Below, piece by piece: positions 62,366 to 64,000 of a stretch of DNA of 64,000 nucleotides; positions within the stretch are counted from its first letter, which is position 1; every line of letters begins with the position of its first letter. The stretch comes from an uncultured Chloroflexia bacterium. GTDB lineage: Bacteria; Chloroflexota; Anaerolineae; Anaerolineales; UBA4823. The stretch spans positions 68,857 through 132,856 of the forward strand of contig CAWHJB010000011.1 of assembly GCA_963829555.1 (NCBI GenBank), in the 5' to 3' direction. Below the pieces are notes generated by a model. That model saw only the letters and a program-made list of their open reading frames with translations, was not told where the DNA came from and searched no databases. The position numbers and the translations under genes are program-made.

Positions 62366-63400
62366 CTACGAGTGTTTTTTCCGCATGTAAAACAGGCTTT
62401 GGATGCCGATAAAGATCAGAGTTAGCAAGCCAACCCCGATCCGCGTCCACCAGGAGCTCAATGTGCCGTTGAACTGCAAAATGGTGACGATCGTACCGTT
62501 GATCAATACCCCAAACAACGTACCGATCACGTTGCCCACGCCGCCTGTCAGCAGGGTACCACCGATCACAACGGATGAAATCGCATCCAATTCCATCCCC
62601 GGGGCGTAGCCGCCGTAGCCTGAAAGCAACGAGATACTCCAGACAATCCCGGCCAGGGCGGAGCAAAAGCCGCCGAAGGCGTACACTGCGATTTTTGTAC
62701 GCCCAACCGGCAAGCCCATCAGCCTGGCGGACTGCTCGTTATTACCGATCGCATAGACGGTCCGGCCAAAGCGGGTAAAAAAAGACAGATAAATGACCAC
62801 CAACAACAGGATCGGCCCGATCAGTGTCGGTATATACACATACACTTTTTCGAGAAACGGGATCGGGATTTTCGTCAGCGCCAGGTAGCGATAGAAAGGA
62901 TTGGTGATCGGCAGCGCGGACAGTGTGATAATGTAGGCCATACCGCGGGCAAAAAAGAGGCCCATCAGGGTTACGATAAAGGGCTCGACCTTGAAGAAGT
63001 GAATGATACTACCCAGGGTGAACCCAAACACAATCCCCATAATTAACATCGACGGCATAACGACTGCAGGACTCATGCCTTTTTCCAGCAGGGCGGCTGA
63101 GGCAGCCGAGGTCAGAGCAATCATGCCAGCCACCGAAAGGTCAATTCCTTTCGAGATGATCACCAAAGTCGTCCCGATGGAAACAATCATCAGACTGGCG
63201 GTGTTAATAAACAGGTTGACAAATACCTGAGGTTTCTGCATGGCGGGATATAATCGCCCACCGATATTATAGACCAGGATAAAGACGATGATGGTGGTCA
63301 GCAGTGGGGCATTATTCACCACAAAGATCTTGATCCGTTGGGCGACGCTGGTCAATTGAGAACTGGTATCCATTCCAATGGACTTAGTTTGTTGCGCCAT
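62366..63400 (-). CDS. sugar ABC transporter permease (ribose/YjfF-like)
   Basis: From ORF 62366..63421, with the start at ATG 63398-63400 (MAQQTKS...). Polytopic BPD_transp_2-type permease. Confidence 0.85.
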   Translation of the reverse strand: MAQQTKSIGMDTSSQLTSVAQRIKIFVVNNAPLLTTIIVFILVYNIGGRLYPAMQKPQVFVNLFINTASLMIVSIGTTLVIISKGIDLSVAGMIALTSAASAALLEKGMSPAVVMPSMLIMGIVFGFTLGSIIHFFKVEPFIVTLMGLFFARGMAYIITLSALPITNPFYRYLALTKIPIPFLEKVYVYIPTLIGPILLLVVIYLSFFTRFGRTVYAIGNNEQSARLMGLPVGRTKIAVYAFGGFCSALAGIVWSISLLSGYGGYAPGMELDAISSVVIGGTLLTGGVGNVIGTLFGVLINGTIVTILQFNGTLSSWWTRIGVGLLTLIFIGIQSLFYMRKKHS

Positions 63401-64000
63401 GTCGGGAGCCTCTCCGTTCAAGAAATTGATTGATGAAACGCCGGGTGTAATCGGAATAAAGCAGGATCACAACCAGAACTAGTGCAGCCCTGCCTGCCAA
63501 CAAGGCGTTTGCCGGTACGCCGAAAGTGTACATGGTGATGGTAAAGGTCCAGATAATCAGCGCCCCAAGCACGCTTGCAAACAAAGAGAAACGCCCGCCG
63601 GTCATCATCGTACCACCGATGACGACTGCCAGGATCGCGTCCAGTTCGTAGTTAAGCCCAATATTGTTCGCGTCGGCGCTGTGAACATAAGAACTCAAAA
63701 TCAGTCCGGCGATGGCTGCGCAAAAGCCGCAGAAAGTGTAAACAAAGAGTTTGATATTTTTTTCGCTGATACCGCTGTAATATGTGGCTTTGGCGTTGAC
63801 GCCTACGGATTCGATGAACAAACCGATGGATGTTTTCCGAACCAGCATCCAGGCAAATATAAATACGGCGGCGACGATATAAATGGATACCGGCAGCCCC
63901 AGGATAAATCCATTGCCAAAGAAGAAATAAGGCGTGTAATAAATGGTCATGATTTGACCGTTCGTGATCAATTGGGCAATCCCGCGGCCAGCCACCATCA
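63384..64000 (-). CDS. sugar ABC transporter permease (ribose/YtfT-like), N-terminal part outside window
   Basis: The ORF reaches the window end. It is a paralog of the downstream permease and overlaps it by 17 nt. Confidence 0.8.
   Translation of the reverse strand, partial: MVAGRGIAQLITNGQIMTIYYTPYFFFGNGFILGLPVSIYIVAAVFIFAWMLVRKTSIGLFIESVGVNAKATYYSGISEKNIKLFVYTFCGFCAAIAGLILSSYVHSADANNIGLNYELDAILAVVIGGTMMTGGRFSLFASVLGALIIWTFTITMYTFGVPANALLAGRAALVLVVILLYSDYTRRFINQFLERRGSRHGATN

Overview
A 64-kb chromosomal segment at roughly 55% GC with about 55 protein genes. I found no rRNA, tRNA or CRISPR array. The gene style loosely resembles Chloroflexota/Anaerolineae, but I cannot verify that. Housekeeping genes (ftsZ, rpoN, two moeA paralogs, bcp, upp, ruvB, queA, pdp, lysA, fmt, aconitase) are mixed with many signalling genes: two His-kinase/response-regulator pairs, a Ser/Thr kinase and two large GGDEF proteins. 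A lower-GC island carries four RibD_C/DHFR-like paralogs. Four things stand out. (1) A self-contained sigma-54 module: rpoN with a Cys4 insertion, a PAS kinase, and an NtrC-type activator that lacks a DNA-binding domain. Five sigma-54 -24/-12 promoter matches accompany it, three of them exact TGGCAC-N5-TTGCA. All five lie on the coding strand 37-114 nt upstream of start codons, including ftsZ and rpoN itself. (2) Nearly every intergenic region holds long perfect palindromes (40-57 nt). They fall into at least four sequence families and show compensatory changes in both arms. They occur with a dispersed ~30/55-nt non-palindromic unit that sometimes flanks them to form ~110-nt composite hairpin elements. 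(3) A rhodanese gene has an in-frame TGA two residues after the catalytic Cys, and the rest of the domain continues in frame. This is a selenocysteine candidate or a nonsense lesion. (4) Seven reading-frame interruptions affect six genes, several at C/G homopolymers, which suggests assembly indels rather than decay. All functional calls come from reading motifs in the translations; no searches were run.
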